A program made the translations under genes and the position numbers. The notes under the pieces are model-generated. The model worked only from the letters and a program-made list of their open reading frames with translations, was not told the origin of the DNA and did not search any database. From contig OX597818.1 in assembly GCA_951406725.2 (NCBI GenBank), positions 74,276,001-74,340,000 of the forward strand: a stretch of 64,000 bases of DNA, read 5' to 3'. This DNA comes from Octopus vulgaris (lineage: Eukaryota). Of the stretch, positions 41,698 through 56,760 are shown in pieces. Each line of letters opens with the position of its first letter. Position 1 is the stretch's first letter.

Positions 41698-42146
41698 AGT
41701 CATTATTTTCAAACATTTACCAAGCTAATGCGGCGCCCTAGGACAATCGTTAGCACTGAGAAATATGCTCAGTGACATTTACGTCCGTTGTTACCTTCTA
41801 AGTTCAAATTCTGCTGAGATCCATTTTGCTTTGCATCATCTTGGTGTCGATAAAATAAGTACCAGTTGAACACTGGGGTCAATTTAATCGACTCTGGCCC
41901 ATTCCCAAACTCGTTGGTTTTGTGGCAAATTTTTTTCAAATCAATATTTAGCATAAACATTGATTCTAAAGGAAAATTATCGGATCTCTTCCTTCTGACC
42001 GACAGGTTTACAAAATAACTTTTTGTAACTAAACACTTTCAAAATTCGTATACTTGTAGAATGTGTCATATAAAATATCTTTCACCAAATATTTCACGAA
42101 ACCTAAATTGTTCCCATTCCTAAAAACTTATTTGCGCCAATACTTC

Positions 42147-42220
<74 letters not shown>

Positions 42221-42223
<3 letters not shown>

Positions 42224-43892
42224 ATGAAACGGTAAGATAACAAAAGAAAGAAAGAGACCTCAATATTATGTAAATAGAAGAAATTTATCTATACAATATG
42301 TTACATTACTCGGTAGTCAAGATAAAACTCTGAGTTTCAGATGCCGAAGTGGAAATCCACAACACCATCTCTTCGGTTATCTGGCTATTTGAAAACGTTA
42401 TGAAAAAATACCGTTAAATAAAGGGAAATTACTCTGTTATAACTCTGCTTGCCTGCGTACTTATACATCGCTCGCATTTTTCGCATATATAAAAATACAT
42501 AAAAAACATAAAAATATATAAAAATATATAAATTCTTCTTGGGACATAACATAGAAAGCATGTTCTATCTGTTTTCTTTAGGGAACCAAAAACGTAACAG
42601 AAATTTAGTCACATGTGGGCATGATCCGAAAAGCTCTGTCCTTGTATTTAGACTTTCCAGATAAGCCATCTCTCCATGTCGCATAGACCGCACCTTCTGC
42701 TGCCGTTAGTATAGGGCTTACATCTGGCCAAAATCTTCCATTGTATGTTATAATCGACACCTTTTTCTCTTAAAGACCAAATATGATTAGATAATTGTGT
42801 CGCTTTTCTTTTGTTCCAGTGCCTAAAGCTCAAAGTGTGGTTATTGAACCTGGCCTTGAAATTACCCTCTGTAAGGCCCACGTATTTCTTCGTCGAAACG
42901 GTGTCTTTAGTGGTTATAGAGTTTACGGTAGCTTCATATATGATGGTCTTGGACATGCAAGCTCCATTTAGCGGGCACAATTCTTTATTCCTGAATGAAC
43001 AGCTGTTTTCTTCTTGTGTTTTTTGTATGTTATGTTTGATTATGTTTTTAAAATTGGTAGTTGAACTAAAACTAATTTTTAAATTGTGTCTATTGAAGAG
43101 TTTCCTATAAGTATGGTTAACTGGAAAATGTCTATCTATCAGTGCTAGGAAATATTTACCTATATTGAAGGCCACCTCGGGTGAGTAAACCAGATGGCCT
43201 TCCTATTTCTATTATTCCTTTTCCTTACTGTTGGGCTAGTGATAGGTGTATATTTTATTTTATCGCTAAAACCACTATCTTTTAAAGCCTTATTATAAAC
43301 TGGGGCAACGCTATTGAAGATGTCCTCATCAGATGAGAGGCTAGAAATCCTCTTACTAATATTTTTAACTAAATTTTTGAATACTATAGGGGGATGGCAT
43401 GAACCTACATTAATATAACTTAGTCTATCATTGGGCTTCCTGTAAGGCTTATAAATATTCTTATTAAGATCTAAGGAAACGTCTAAGAAATTGACAACCG
43501 TCAGGGTAGTATCTATAGTTATACTAAGTCCGAAGTGTTTCATTAACTGGATAATATCCTTCCTAAAACGATATTGTGCTGGTCCATTTGTATTAGCTGT
43601 TAAGGCGAGGGCATCATCTTTGTAGATGGAGAAATGTACGTTAGGGAATGTCTTACCTAAGGTATCTAGGAGAAAAAGTCCAATTAGATCGCAGATGCCT
43701 GCCCCATCATATGAACCCATGCTCACATCGAAAGCGCCCTCTGTGTCGGTGTTTTTTACCCACTTTGTGTTCTCACTGAAAAGTAATGTCTTTCTAGCAT
43801 GGAAGATTATGTTCTTATCATTGGTACTAATTTCTATGAAGTCATTAGCGAAGATGAGGGTTTTATCTAGCAGTTCTTTAGAGATAGAGGCA
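42221..43892 (-). mobile_element. Penelope-like element: RT (43160-43892), GIY-YIG (42648-43175), pLTR hammerhead-like motif (42320-42382)
   Basis: FDVSMGSYDGA, IYKDDAL, NFLDVSLDL, CPLNGAC..IIYEATV..KYVGLTE..KARFNNH. One frameshift between the ORFs. agataa CCGAAGA gatg..catct GAAA ctcagag TT ttatct. Confidence 0.95.
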
Positions 43893-44051
43893 TATATATA
43901 CATATAAATCAATAAATGGTGGGGTTGTGTTGACCACACGTGGAGAAATGATAGGCAAAGAAAAATTATAAAAAGGCAGAATGCTAAATTGAAGGTAAAT
44001 TTTAACGGAAATGGGTGTATAGAAAATTAAAAAAAAAATTTTTTTAATATT

Positions 44052-44093
44052 AACTCTAACCGGTTTTCGTATCAATGGGACTTCTCAAGAATT
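44052..44093 (-). ncRNA. Hammerhead motif with U3-A8 core pair, weak helix II
   Basis: aattc TTGAGAA gt..ac GAAA accggt TA gagtt. Confidence 0.6.
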
Positions 44094-44166
44094 TTTTTAT
44101 AAATGAGGAGGGGCAAAAAGAAAATGACATTGTTTATATATATATATAAATATGTATGTATGTATG

Positions 44167-44231
<65 letters not shown>

Positions 44232-44237
44232 GTATAT

Positions 44238-45600
44238 AAGAGAATTGGAAAAGATTCCTGGACGACTGTTTTAAACTCTGGAATGAAAACACAGATAAAC
44301 TCTTAAAATTCAAAACCTACTGAACAGCATCAACCCAAATATACAGTTCACTATGGAGTACAACTAAAAGGAGCTTCCATACTTAGATATACTGATTTAA
44401 AAAATTAGCCTAAAAATAGAAACAGATATATTTTACAAAATAACAGACGCCAAACAATACCTACTTTTTGATTCATGCCACCCAAGACACACTAAAACAA
44501 ACATCCTTTCAACCTTGCAAGAAGGATATGCACAATAGTGTCAGAACAAAATACCAGGAACTTTAGACTACAAGAACTCAAAACACCCTAATTGACAGAC
44601 ACTACCCAGTTCAACTCATAGAGGATGGGATCAGACGTGCAACAGAAATCGACATAGAAACTTTGAGAAAAGTTCAACACAACAACACACCTTCCCCGAA
44701 AATACTGCCTTACATATCCACATACAACCCCAGAAACAAAGAAGCTTTCACCATCATCACCCAGAATTTACCAATACTTCATAAGGACCCCAAATTAAAG
44801 GAAATTCTAAACATACATAAAATCATAAAAAAGCTACAAACAACCTAAATCACTTAAAAAGATTCTCACAAAGGCAAAATTATTTTCTGAAATTACGGAT
44901 GCAAAAGTAAAAAAAATGTGGTAGACCAAACTGTGCAACATGCCCAAACCTTCTAGAAGGATCAGAATTCCTTTTCAAAGAGGAACAAAAATTCAAGATC
45001 AGATCTAATTTTACTTGTGCTTCTGAAATAATATTTTATGTCATAAGATGCTCGGGCTGCCACGAAAACTACGTAGGGTCCACAGAACTATCACTCAGAC
45101 GCAGATGCACTCTGCATCGACAACAGATTGCATTCCCAGAATACAGAATGTTACCCTTTAGTGAGCATATTGAGAAATACGCAATGCAACTACAAACACA
45201 ATTTTTAATCTTTCCATTCTATCAATGTGCTATTGAAACACCAACACAAATTAGACTAAACAAGGAAACATTCTTCATTGAAAAATATAAGCCTGAACTT
45301 ACCCATTCTAACATTCTTATACAGAGAAACTCATCTCATTAAAAAAAAGCGATTATCTCCCTTATACCGGAAGAAATCCCTTATTACCTCCCCTACCTGG
45401 AACTCTTCTTTGCACTTAATAACGAAGACATGACACGATGTAGGTAAAGAAATTTAAGAAATTTCAAAAGTTTACACGAAACCGGTTATTTCTCCAAAAA
45501 CTATGTTACTATACACAAAATTTTCTAACATAACGACTTAAATATATTCTTTAACCTTATAAAACAAGCCTTCTGTAGTTTTTTCACTCTTTATTTTTTT
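44238..45600 (+). mobile_element. Penelope-like element of a different lineage (Cys-rich linker before GIY-YIG), frameshifted; decayed U3-A8 hammerhead at 45448-45493
   Basis: [52 protein letters not shown]. agaaat TTAAGAA..GAAA ccgg TT atttct. Confidence 0.9.
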
Positions 45601-45613
45601 TTATATATTTATA

Positions 45614-45691
<78 letters not shown>

Positions 45692-46168
45692 CTAACTCTA
45701 AAATCGGGTCCGATATGGTAATAACGGGATTTTTTAGAAATTTCTATCAGCTTCTTTCGAAATACGTACTGTTGCTGATAAATTACACGGTTATTGACGT
45801 TGCCTATTTTCGGCATATTTTGGCATTTGAACATTTTTTACCAATAGTTTTACAAAGCCCTAAAATGGAAAGCATACTAAACAAATATTGCATAAAAAAA
45901 CAGTAGACGACAAGACAACAACCCAAAGAAACATCTAACAAAAGCGAAATTCTCATCAGAAACTAAAACTTAATTCTTTGTAAAAGGGTGCGGAGATGAT
46001 AGATGTGGGATCTGCAGTAACCCCCACCTACAAAATATATGATATATGATATGCTATATGATGTATAAAAACATATAATATACAAATATATATCTGTAAA
46101 TATAAAACCATCAGAATTTCTGAGTCTCATTTATTCAAATATAGAATACCTGTACAATATCTCCAAAC

Positions 46169-46248
<80 letters not shown>

Positions 46249-46259
46249 GTATATATACT

Positions 46260-48830
46260 GCCATACACGTCCACGCTTCAGCCTGAAATCATAGATACGC
46301 CTCATATGCCCCACCAAATCCGACCTGGGAAGAGTAAGTAAAAATATTTTGGACAAAATAATACCAATCGTCAAGTAGAGATTAATGGTCAACTTATGGT
46401 CCTGTACAGGTGAAGTTATTACATGTTTCAATCTTCTTAAACAACAAAAACTTTTATTCTTTCCTAAAAGTCGACATAAATAATGACTATCCTTCTATTT
46501 CTCACGAACATCTTAATCAGAGATGACGCGTTGCTAGTTCCCAAGAGCGTAAATAAATCATCTTTAGAACGAACTAGAAAATATCTACACAAATTCTTCT
46601 CCAGCTTAAACATGCCTATTACGTTTGAAAATTCTCACAAAACTACTAACTTTTTAGATGTAACTCTAAACTTAGAAACCTCCCAATACTCTTCTTATCA
46701 CAAACCTAACCAATACCTTAAATACCTAAACATTCATTCCAATCACCACTAATCCACCTTCGATAACATAGTCAGGGGTATTTCTATATGTATATCTGGC
46801 CTCTCTTCCACTGAGGAAATTTTCAATAACCACGCACCATATTACAACCAAGCGCTCTCTGCCAGCTGCTTCTCCCAACAAATAAAATACATCCCTAATA
46901 CCACGCTCAAACAACATATATCAATTCGCAACGACACACCAACCATCAGAATCACAACAGACCACATATACACTTTGATAGAACCAGGAGGATCTCGCAT
47001 TAAGGCAACCTACACCCCACACGCACACATATAACACTAGGTCAAAAGCTAAAACAGCTAAGAAAAAACGCAACTCTATTCTCCAAAAATATAGATAGCA
47101 CTACTCCTAAACACCCAAATAAAAGTGGCGGATGCTCTATTCTATGGTATACACTCTCTTATATTGGACTCTAACGTCCCTCGACAACATAAATACTGAA
47201 GCTATTCTATCCCACCACACCCAACTTTTAAACTATCATAGCAGTCTCTATTAAACTCACATTATAGCAACTCTAAATACACGAACACTCAACATGTACA
47301 CAGCTTCAGCATTGAAACTCATACCACAAACACAACCATAATCCAAATCATCTTGCTAGCACTATCCGGAATACTACTACAACTTCCATCACCCCTACAG
47401 ATATAATAATTAACAACAGCGATTGCAATAATAACAATAATAGTAATAATAACATTAATAATACTAATAACTTAGACCTTTCTATCCGCTTCTCTAACCT
47501 CTCCTCTGACAGTATTGTCACCTCCATTCCCCAAAATAGCCCCCAAAATCACCCACTTGTAACTGCCGTCCTGGATCTATCTGCCCTCTACAAACACATT
47601 GTAGAAGATCTAATGTCATTTATAAATGCACCGTCCTCAACACATTACACAATTCTACAGACATATATATAGGGTCAACCATAAATTTTAAACATCGATA
47701 TGCCGCTCATTTGAATTCTTTTCGATACGAGAAACTCAGTAAATCCACAACACTCACCAGTCACACACGTCATCTAAAAAATAGAAATATTCTCTACACT
47801 CTGTCATGGACCATAATAGATTCAGGGCTTCCATATCAAGGTCAGCGCTTAGCCTGTAAATTATGCTTGAAAGAAGCATTTGACATATTAAAGTACAACT
47901 CCTCAACACTACTTAACAAATATAATGAGGTAGTAGTATTAATATGTCTATATATATGTGTGTGCGTGTATACGTATACATATTCGCAAATATACATACT
48001 TTCCTCCGTTTCCTACCTGCCACTAACCTATCACGCACGTCTATTTATAGTAATTTGACATCCTTGTACTCTTCCCTCCACCTCAAATTTTACTACTAAA
48101 ACTACGACTCACTTATCTTTCCTATACCTTTTCTCTATCTATTCCTTAATGCAGCTCTGTCATATCACCCCTACTCACATATCTCACATTCTTTTACTCC
48201 TCTCTTCTCATCTCTTCCCCTCCCTCCCCCACTTCTCACTTCCTTCACCCTTTCTTCATTTGTTTTTACTCTTTGCTTTTATCTCTCTCCCCTTTTTCAC
48301 TATTTGCTTTTGTATCTCTCCATTTTTCTATTTTTCTCTCTTTCTTCCTCTCATTCTGTCTTCCTGTTTTAGATCTGACCTTTCTCCTCGTTCTAATCAT
48401 ACACATCCCTCCTTCTTCCATCTATATTACAAATACATTCTCAAATTATTCATTCACGCCACAAAGACCTTTCGGACGAGCAACACTGATTCCACGGATC
48501 CATACATTGAAATGACTAAATATGAACTACTATTGGAACTTACACTTATTGGAACGTACAGGAAGTTGTTTTTTTTTACACTTCAATACACCATTTTCCT
48601 AGAATAATGGAACTGCAATTACAATATCTTTATATATTTTATTTCTACTTCCATTCTCTTAATTCTCTCTATATTCCCTAACTTTTCCACAATAATTCGA
48701 ACTTAAATATTTTCTCACTTCGTCTCATGAAGGGATAGTCATAATATCCCAGAAACAGCTGTAAGACTATTTCATTATAAATGTCCCGAAAACTCCTCAC
48801 AGCCTTGGATATGTTATCTCATTCGGTCAA
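46260..48830 (+). mobile_element. Penelope-like element, internally deleted and decayed; damaged hammerhead at 48722-48767
   Basis: RLICPTKSDLGRVSKNILDK, RDDALL, NFLDVTLNL..YHKPN..SNH, SFRYEK..STTL..CKLCLKE. gtct catga a gggata..tatccc a GAAA cagctg TA agac. Confidence 0.9.
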
Positions 48831-49033
<203 letters not shown>

Positions 49034-49232
49034 ATTATGCATTGATATAAGTTGTTCAATAAAGCCCGAAACATATGCACCGCAGAATCATTTACGCCTT
49101 GTTTTTCTTTTGATGCATATATCCTATCACCTATACCACTTGCTGGCATATACAGGTGCTTACAGTTATCAAGTATTCACCCTGAATTTTTTGTATATAT
49201 ATATATATATATATACATACATATATACATGT

Positions 49233-49330
<98 letters not shown>

Positions 49331-50574
49331 GTGTGTGTGTGCGAGGAAAAGAAACATTAGATTTTCAATACTAAATTGGGAGGGAGGTAGTCTATAGTGT
49401 ATATATATATATATATATGAGATTTTGTTGATGCCAAAAGGACAGTGCATTCTCTCTTATAATGAGATTTATTCAACATCATCAACATGCGCTATTGAAG
49501 TGTGAGATTGGCAGTATAATAAGAAGGTTTTTCTTTAATACTATAATTTATAATCATATTGAGAATTGTAATTATTTTTGTTATTAGATGCAGAAATATA
49601 TTCAAAAGTTAACGAGTATAGAGAAAAATGTACTTGTACATAAAGTAGTTTAGATTAAAGAATAACTAGAGTAGGAGATATCTACTTATGATACATCAAA
49701 AGCCACAAGACATTTCTTGTGTCTAAAGGACTGCCTTCTTATAATTACATTATCAAATCCTTCAATTATAGATTATGCATGGATGTGGTGTTATGTGGTA
49801 AAAAATAATAGTGAATTAAGGTAATCATTGTTTCAGGGTAGTAAAAACATTCTATAGTTATATTGCTAACGTGGTGAAATTAAACATATAACCAACATGT
49901 GTGTGTGGCAGGGGTGTTATTGGTGGATGGGTGTTTGTTTGGGTTACCTATAGACAGATAGGTAGATAGAGATATTGATATATATCTAAATTATATATGA
50001 ACACATATGTGTGTGTGTGCGTGTGCGTGCATACATATATATATATATATTTATATAGACACGCATATCTATCCATGAATCTGTATGTATCTCTGCTTAT
50101 GCCCATATATATATACATATATATATATACACATACATACATTGTATGTATATGTATAATTACGTTGTACTTGTGCACAATAACATTATTCGATATTGTT
50201 GTTGAATAATGTAACATCCATTCTTTCTCAATGATTTTAGCCTCATAACGGGGGAATTGTTTTCCCTTTCTATTCAGATGATATATTCAGATAATAGCGT
50301 CAGAACACAATAAATATATCCACAAAAAATGTTTTTTGCTATTTGATTGTCTATAAAAATAAATTATTGTCGAAACGTCATAAAAGATGCATCTCCCGGC
50401 TTATATTATAGTATTGCTTATAACAAAGATAAAGTAGAACAGTTTACAATGGTTGAAATATATTCTTTAATTAATAATATTTGGAAAAAAGGCGCGAGCT
50501 GGCAGAAACATTATCACACCGGCCAAAATGATTAGCGGTATTTCGTCTGTCTTCGTGTTCTGAGTTCAAATTCT

Positions 50575-51085
50575 GAGGACAGCTGATATCTTGAGTATTT
50601 AGGCCGTGGTGCACAAGCACCGATTACGTTGGACTGGCCACCTTATTAGCATGACGGATAGAAAGATACCTAAACAGATGCTATATGGGGAACTTGTTAA
50701 TGGAAAGAGACCCCGGCAGAAACCAAGGCTGTGATTTAAACACTGTGTCAAATCCTCATTAAAGGCCTGTGATATACAGGATACTGACAGGGAGAGCAAT
50801 GCCTGTCATCGCCATAGATGGAAGAAGCAGGTTAAGGAGGGGGTCGACACCTTTGAAGGAGCACATATTCTGAATGAAGAATTTAAGCGTGCGGCTCGAA
50901 AGCTCACTGCTGGTGATGTGAATGGGTAAAGCTTGGTCTGCAACGTTTCCTGTCGTGTATGCTTGTAAAGAGCAGGTCCTATTAACCACAAACGGAACCG
51001 CAAATGCAAAATATAAGTTGGTTCTAGAAGGCCGTTGCTAACCTTCAGGTCAAGGTCAGCAACGGTCTTCCTCGGTCACGTGTGG
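50575..51085 (+). mobile_element. RTE-clade LINE 3' fragment abutting a truncated Nin-like SINE head (50490-50575)
   Basis: HRLRWTGHLISMTDRKIPKQMLYGELVNGKRPRQKPRL*FK..WKKQVKEG, then a C-terminal CxxxC...H zinc-finger-like motif. Confidence 0.9.
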
Positions 51086-51154
51086 AGGGCCATCATATAT
51101 ATATATTTGTATGTATGTATGTATGTATGTATGTATGTGTATATATATATATAT

Positions 51155-52113
51155 ATATGTAAAAGTAAAAAAATATACAAACTGGGACAAGAACGTGAAA
51201 CACCTATGTATGTATGTATGTATGTATGTATATGTAAAAGTAAAAAAATATACAAACTGGGACAAGAACGTGAAACACCTAGAAGACGACACAAGAAACA
51301 CAGGACGGGACATTCGAAGCCCTCAATCATCAGTCAAGAACCGGATCATCTTCGCAATTTCGGCTGATTAATCTTGAGATTGCTCCGATCTGGGCAGCCC
51401 CCAAGGGAAATCTAAGCCAAGCGCATTAGATCCATTGGAAGAAAGCCTCGAATGTATACAACACAAGGACGCAAAACGGACGATGTACACGAATAAAAAT
51501 ACAAAAATACGTAAAAACAATAAAGAAAGCACGAATAAGAATACAAATACGTAAAAACAATAATGGTAAGGATAAAAACAAAAGCAGGACGTCAGGACAA
51601 GGGTCTTTCGACAGGACGAGTTGAGTTTGGGGCTGGCTAGTGGAAGAGTGCCTTTAGGCCACGGGAAACAAACAAATACGTGTTGCTACAACGACTGCTG
51701 GATGCGAAAAGGCAAAGCAGCAGTCGCTGGCTGGTCACGTGGGGACAAAAGAGAGGAGAAAGGGACAGATGAGGAGAGAGAGAAGGGGAACAAGGGAGGA
51801 GAAGAAAGAGAGGGAAAGAGACAGATCGAGGGGAGTGTAAGGTATGAGAGGCAGAGAAACGTAGGAGAGGGGGGACGGATGAAGAGAGAAAGAAAGAAAA
51901 AAGGGGAATAAGGGAGGAGGAGAGAGAGAGAAAGAGACAGATCAAGAGTCGTACCAATGTTAGAGAGTATATACTTACGTATAGGATGAAAAAATGGGTA
52001 CGTAGCCGCCAGTATATATGTAAAAGTAAAAAAATATACAAACTGGGACAAGTACGTGAAACACCTAGAAGACGACACAAGAAACACAGGACGGGACATT
52101 AGAAGCCCTCAAT
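51155..52113 (-). mobile_element. Terminally redundant TA-flanked element (about 786-bp period, about 95-bp direct repeat, plus an extra 50-bp partial repeat)
   Basis: 51235-51328 is repeated at 52021-52113. 51160-51205 is a further partial copy. Confidence 0.8.
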
Positions 52114-52187
<74 letters not shown>

Positions 52188-52759
52188 AATAATGTAGATT
52201 TTGTTTCTCAGATTACTTATACGGACATATAGAAGATTTTTGAATAAGCCCAAGGAAATGATATGCAAAATTCCATTTCATTTCATTTCCTTAGGAAAAT
52301 TTGAAGACATTTTATACTCGTTTATTAATAAATTAAGAAACGCCTCACATTATTACTGTCAGCAAACGCTATTTTTGCTTCACTTTAATACGCTGTCCCT
52401 TTCCTATACTTTCTATAAATATTTACATATCTGTGAGTGTGCATGTGTGTGTCTGTATGTGCGTTTGTGTGTGTGTGCGCGAGCACGTGTGATCGTGTTA
52501 TTGTGTGAGTTTGTGAGTGTTTCTTTGTGCGTGATTTTGTGTGTGCACGCACGCGTGCAAGTGTGTGTGTGTGCGTGTGCGAGTGTTCGTATGTCTGTTT
52601 GTGTTATGCATAAATAACATTTACTGTGAAGATTTTCTATATCGGGCGAAATGCTTAGCAGCATTTCGTCTGTCTTTTATGTTCTGAGTTCAAATTTTGC
52701 CGAGGTCGACTTCGCCATTTATACTTCTAGTCGAGTACTGTGTGTGTGTGTGTGTATGT

Positions 52760-52802
<43 letters not shown>

Positions 52803-53521
52803 TGTATGAGCGAGTGTGTGTAAGCGCGCGTGAGCACGTGTGTTTGCTTTAAATTATTTTACAGAACGCGCCATGGCTTTGCCAGATGTTCAGTGTTCTG
52901 CTGCCACCAAATCATCTTTGTCTTTCCTGCTGGCTTCAAAAACAAAAAAAAAAGAAAAGAAAGAAAGAAAGAAAATGATGTACCTGACAAATACTAAGGT
53001 CGATTTTAACTGATTACAACTTTCTCTTTAAAGCTGTTCACCTTGTGCCTAAAGCATAAAGAAATAATAATGATTATTTAATTAATTAGTTAATCAATTA
53101 ATTAATTAAATTTTGATACAGTTCTGTACAAAAGGCGACACCTGTATATATGTATATGGTAAATTAAACCGTAGGAATATTTGTTACGCTTAATATATCG
53201 ATTTGTCAATAATGTATAAATTTGTCTTAAGGTATTTTGAAAATAAAGGCTGTAATTTTAATTCGTTACGAAATAAGGTACGGTAGGCAAACCTTCTTAT
53301 ATTATTCGGCAATTGTTTTTAACTGAAGTACTTTGTTTCCAGTTAGGCATAAGTCGTTAATTTGTACGACACGCCAGCCGGTCAATTCCTACCTGTCATA
53401 ACCAAGAACCATTTCTTAACGTAGTTCAGTGCATGAATAATATCTTATAGCTTCATTGGAGCCGCGAGGAAGAAGTGCAATTTATTTCGAAAAAAGAATT
53501 ACATTTGTGCAATGTGCTTGT

Positions 53522-53898
53522 GCTTGCTTACCAACCACATGGTTCCGGGTTGAGTCCCACTGCGTGGCACCTTGGGCAAGTGTCTTCTACTACAGCCTCG
53601 GGTCGACCAAAGCCTTGTGAGTGGATTTGGTAGACGGAAACTGAATGAAGCACGTTGTATATATGTATATATATATATATATGAGTGTATATGTTTGTGT
53701 ATCTGTGTTTATCCCCCCAACATCGCTTGACAACAGATGCTTCTGTGTTTACGTCCCCGTAACCCTAGCGGTTCGGCAAAAGAGACCGATAGAATAAGTA
53801 CTAGGCTTACAAAGAAAAAGTCCTGGGGTCGATTTGCTCGACTAAAGGCGGTGCACCAACATGGCCACAGTCAAATGACAGCAACAAGTAAAAGAGTA
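53522..53898 (+). mobile_element. Abundant SINE, nearly complete
   Basis: B-box-like ggttgagtccc, family body, internal TA repeat and tail. Confidence 0.9.
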
Positions 53899-53972
53899 AT
53901 ATTCAGAGATGGCATTACCAGTGAGAACGTCATTACTGATGTAATATAGAGCGGAACACACGCACACACACA

Positions 53973-54261
53973 CACTGACAAGGGGGTTAACCGACCCATG
54001 ACCATCGCTAGAATTACTAGACTAGACTAGTCTCGCCTATTTCATAGGCAGTATATATCACAACTATTAATACACGCGTTAGCGTTTCGTCAAATTACCC
54101 ATAAATTTTTATTGTGAAAACATATATACAATTAGATCGGTTTAGCCAAACTATCGACCGCTTGAGTATTCACAATTGCTGATGCTTACAAAATACATGG
54201 AAAAAAATCTGGTCTAGTGATTCTAGAGACGGTTATGGGGAGGTTATATCCACTGTCTGTG
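53973..54261. mobile_element. MITE with imperfect terminal inverted repeats of about 50 bp
   Basis: cactgaca..cccatgaccatcgctagaattactagactag versus ctggtctagtgattctagagacggttatgggg..tgtctgtg|ta. Confidence 0.7.
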
Positions 54262-54673
54262 TAAACATATTGCGATCTTCTTACAACATTAAATGTCTTT
54301 AACTCTTATTTCTAGCAATATAAGTGCTTCGGCATGCACAGCAACCTTAGCCACGTTTAGTCGCGATAAAATGTTTACTTTTTGTATTATTTTGCGCCTA
54401 ACTGTTTATATTAATAACTATCTGTCTATATCTGTATACACACATACACACTCACACGCACAAACATATGTATTATGTACGTGGTCCATATATGCATATG
54501 TGCATGAGTGTGTGTGTATGCATGTATGTATATATGTCAAAGCTTTACGTAATTACTTCGCTAATTTGATAATTACCATTACACAGGTCCCCTTGAACTT
54601 ATTTATGAAGCTTCAATGCATATAAATAAATAAATAGATACACAGGCACATAAGACCAGTCTTCCGAATCCTC

Positions 54674-54739
<66 letters not shown>

Positions 54740-54899
54740 GCCCATAAAACCTCTCCAACTAGACGGGATGCAAGACTGTCACAATATAAACAAATAGATC
54801 TAAGAATTATTAAATTATTTTCTCGTTTCTATCCCCAAATATATTCTGTCTCTCTTTCTTCACCTCTCTTGATACATATCTAAATGTGTGCATCTGTGT

Positions 54900-56040
54900 T
54901 AGTAAAAACAATCATCTCCAATAAGATTATGACAACTTATTTTAATGCAACCCAATATTATACAGCTCATGGAGTGGGCCCATAATACGCCGTCGTTACT
55001 TATAAGAACAATATAAAGATCAGATCATGAGAAGAGAGAATGTAGTATACAATCCCTGCCGAAGTAGAATACACATATTTAAAGCTTACGACGTAGCACC
55101 ACTTGCTCGAACACAAACAGCTGGGCATTCGTGTAGAAAATTCTCGGGAGCCAGAAGTTACCCATTACTCCCAAAATCTTTCTTCCCCGACCATCCACTA
55201 TAATGTTCTGTGGACGCAGTAATATTCTTTTTTACGGTCAACAAAGCATGCATACACCTCTTGACAATATTTTCACAATTTCTCGAAGAACTATCATAGA
55301 GTCAATATCTCGTAAATCGTGCTGCGTCAAAGATGGTAACCCTATTGTACTTCAGCTTCCTTGAGCTCGACAATTTCTTGACACATTTTCATATAGACAC
55401 TTTCAGTAGACTTTACTCGGAACGCTCATCAAGGAGATTCCTCTATAATTAGAGCCCTATATTTTTCTCTCCCTTTTTAAAAACTGGGATTTTCATACCG
55501 GATTTTTCGGGAGTATTTCCCGCCAGAGAATACCTTCTGTAGTACTGTTTTTAACATTTCAAACTGAATGTTATCCCCCCTAGCAGCCTTGTCAAATTTA
55601 AAGTTTTTAATCGCCCCTATAACTTCAACTTCTATGAAATTAGATTTCACTCGTGTCCAACAAAACATTTCAATGTGACTAGAGTTAGAAGATTGGCAAA
55701 ATATTTCTCTATCGGTTAAGGATGTAAAAACCCTAGCCGAGTTCTTAACATGTGAGGAGGAGAGCAACTGCTAACGAAGTCAATAGATGGTCTTCGAGAA
55801 TGCTTTATTGGCTGCTCTAAAGGCAGTGGCCATCTTAACGCCAAATCTTCCAGTGACTTAACTTTGTACGATTTTACTGTCTCTGCAGCAAGCTTTCACG
55901 CTTCAGTGTACTGCATCTGTGAAAGTGGGTACTTGTTTCCAAACCGAGATTTGTAAGCCTCATTCTTTGCTTGGATGGCATATTTAACTTCTAGGTTGAC
56001 CCCGAAGCTTCTTTTACTATCTGGTGCCACTTCGAGCTGC
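54900..56040 (-). mobile_element. Decayed LINE (RTE-like) reverse transcriptase fragment
   Basis: EVEVIGAIKNFKFDKAARGDNIQFEMLK matches the pre-RT EV..AI..LK..KA.G.D.I..E.LK motif. Confidence 0.7.
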
Positions 56041-56149
56041 TTTCGTCCACAGCACTAGACAACCGAAGGAGAAAATGCAGAACGAAACAATCTTCACTCC
56101 ATTCAAACATCCTCAGTTTGTTGAGAAATGTCTCTTAATTTGGATGCAA

Positions 56150-56760
56150 AAGTGCTTTTATGAACTGATTGGCACGTGCAACCATTCTGGGAGTTGTATC
56201 ACAATCTGTGGGTGTAGAATCTATCAACACTTCTTTGCAGGTGATATGTTACCACCTGGGACATCGGAAAGAAAGTGTTGCAGGGCGGGAACGAGTATTA
56301 GTGTTAAATAGATCGAGAGTGTGACTCTCAAGAAACTCTTCCAATTGCATTCTGCATGTTAGTGGACCATTGCTGAGACAATTGGAGAATTTACTTAGCG
56401 CCACATTCACAAGTGCTGAGAGGCAGAATGCGACAATGATTTCAGGTGCTGGGACTGTAATGCGCCAACATTTGATCTTCTGATGAAGAGAGCTTAATAA
56501 ACAAAGCAAACTACGATTTGGTTTATATGTCATGTCTTTCCTCATCTATGTTTATGAATATTAGGTAATAACTGAAAGTGTATGATTGCTTAACGATAAT
56601 CGATAGGGTACTGTGATTGGAGATCAGCTAGTCTATCCAGCTCGAGCCTCTACTTCTCCACATTGAGAAATTATAGTTCTGATACTACGGAAAACTAATT
56701 TGAATACTGCAAGGAAAAATCGCAGAAAGGTTTCTTGAAACCGAACCAACCAACAAGAAA
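56150..56760 (+). mobile_element. Decayed LINE RT/thumb fragment in the opposite orientation
   Basis: ITICGCRIYQHFFAGDML resembles I.IGG.RI..LLFADD. Downstream residues loosely fit the RTE thumb. Confidence 0.45.
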
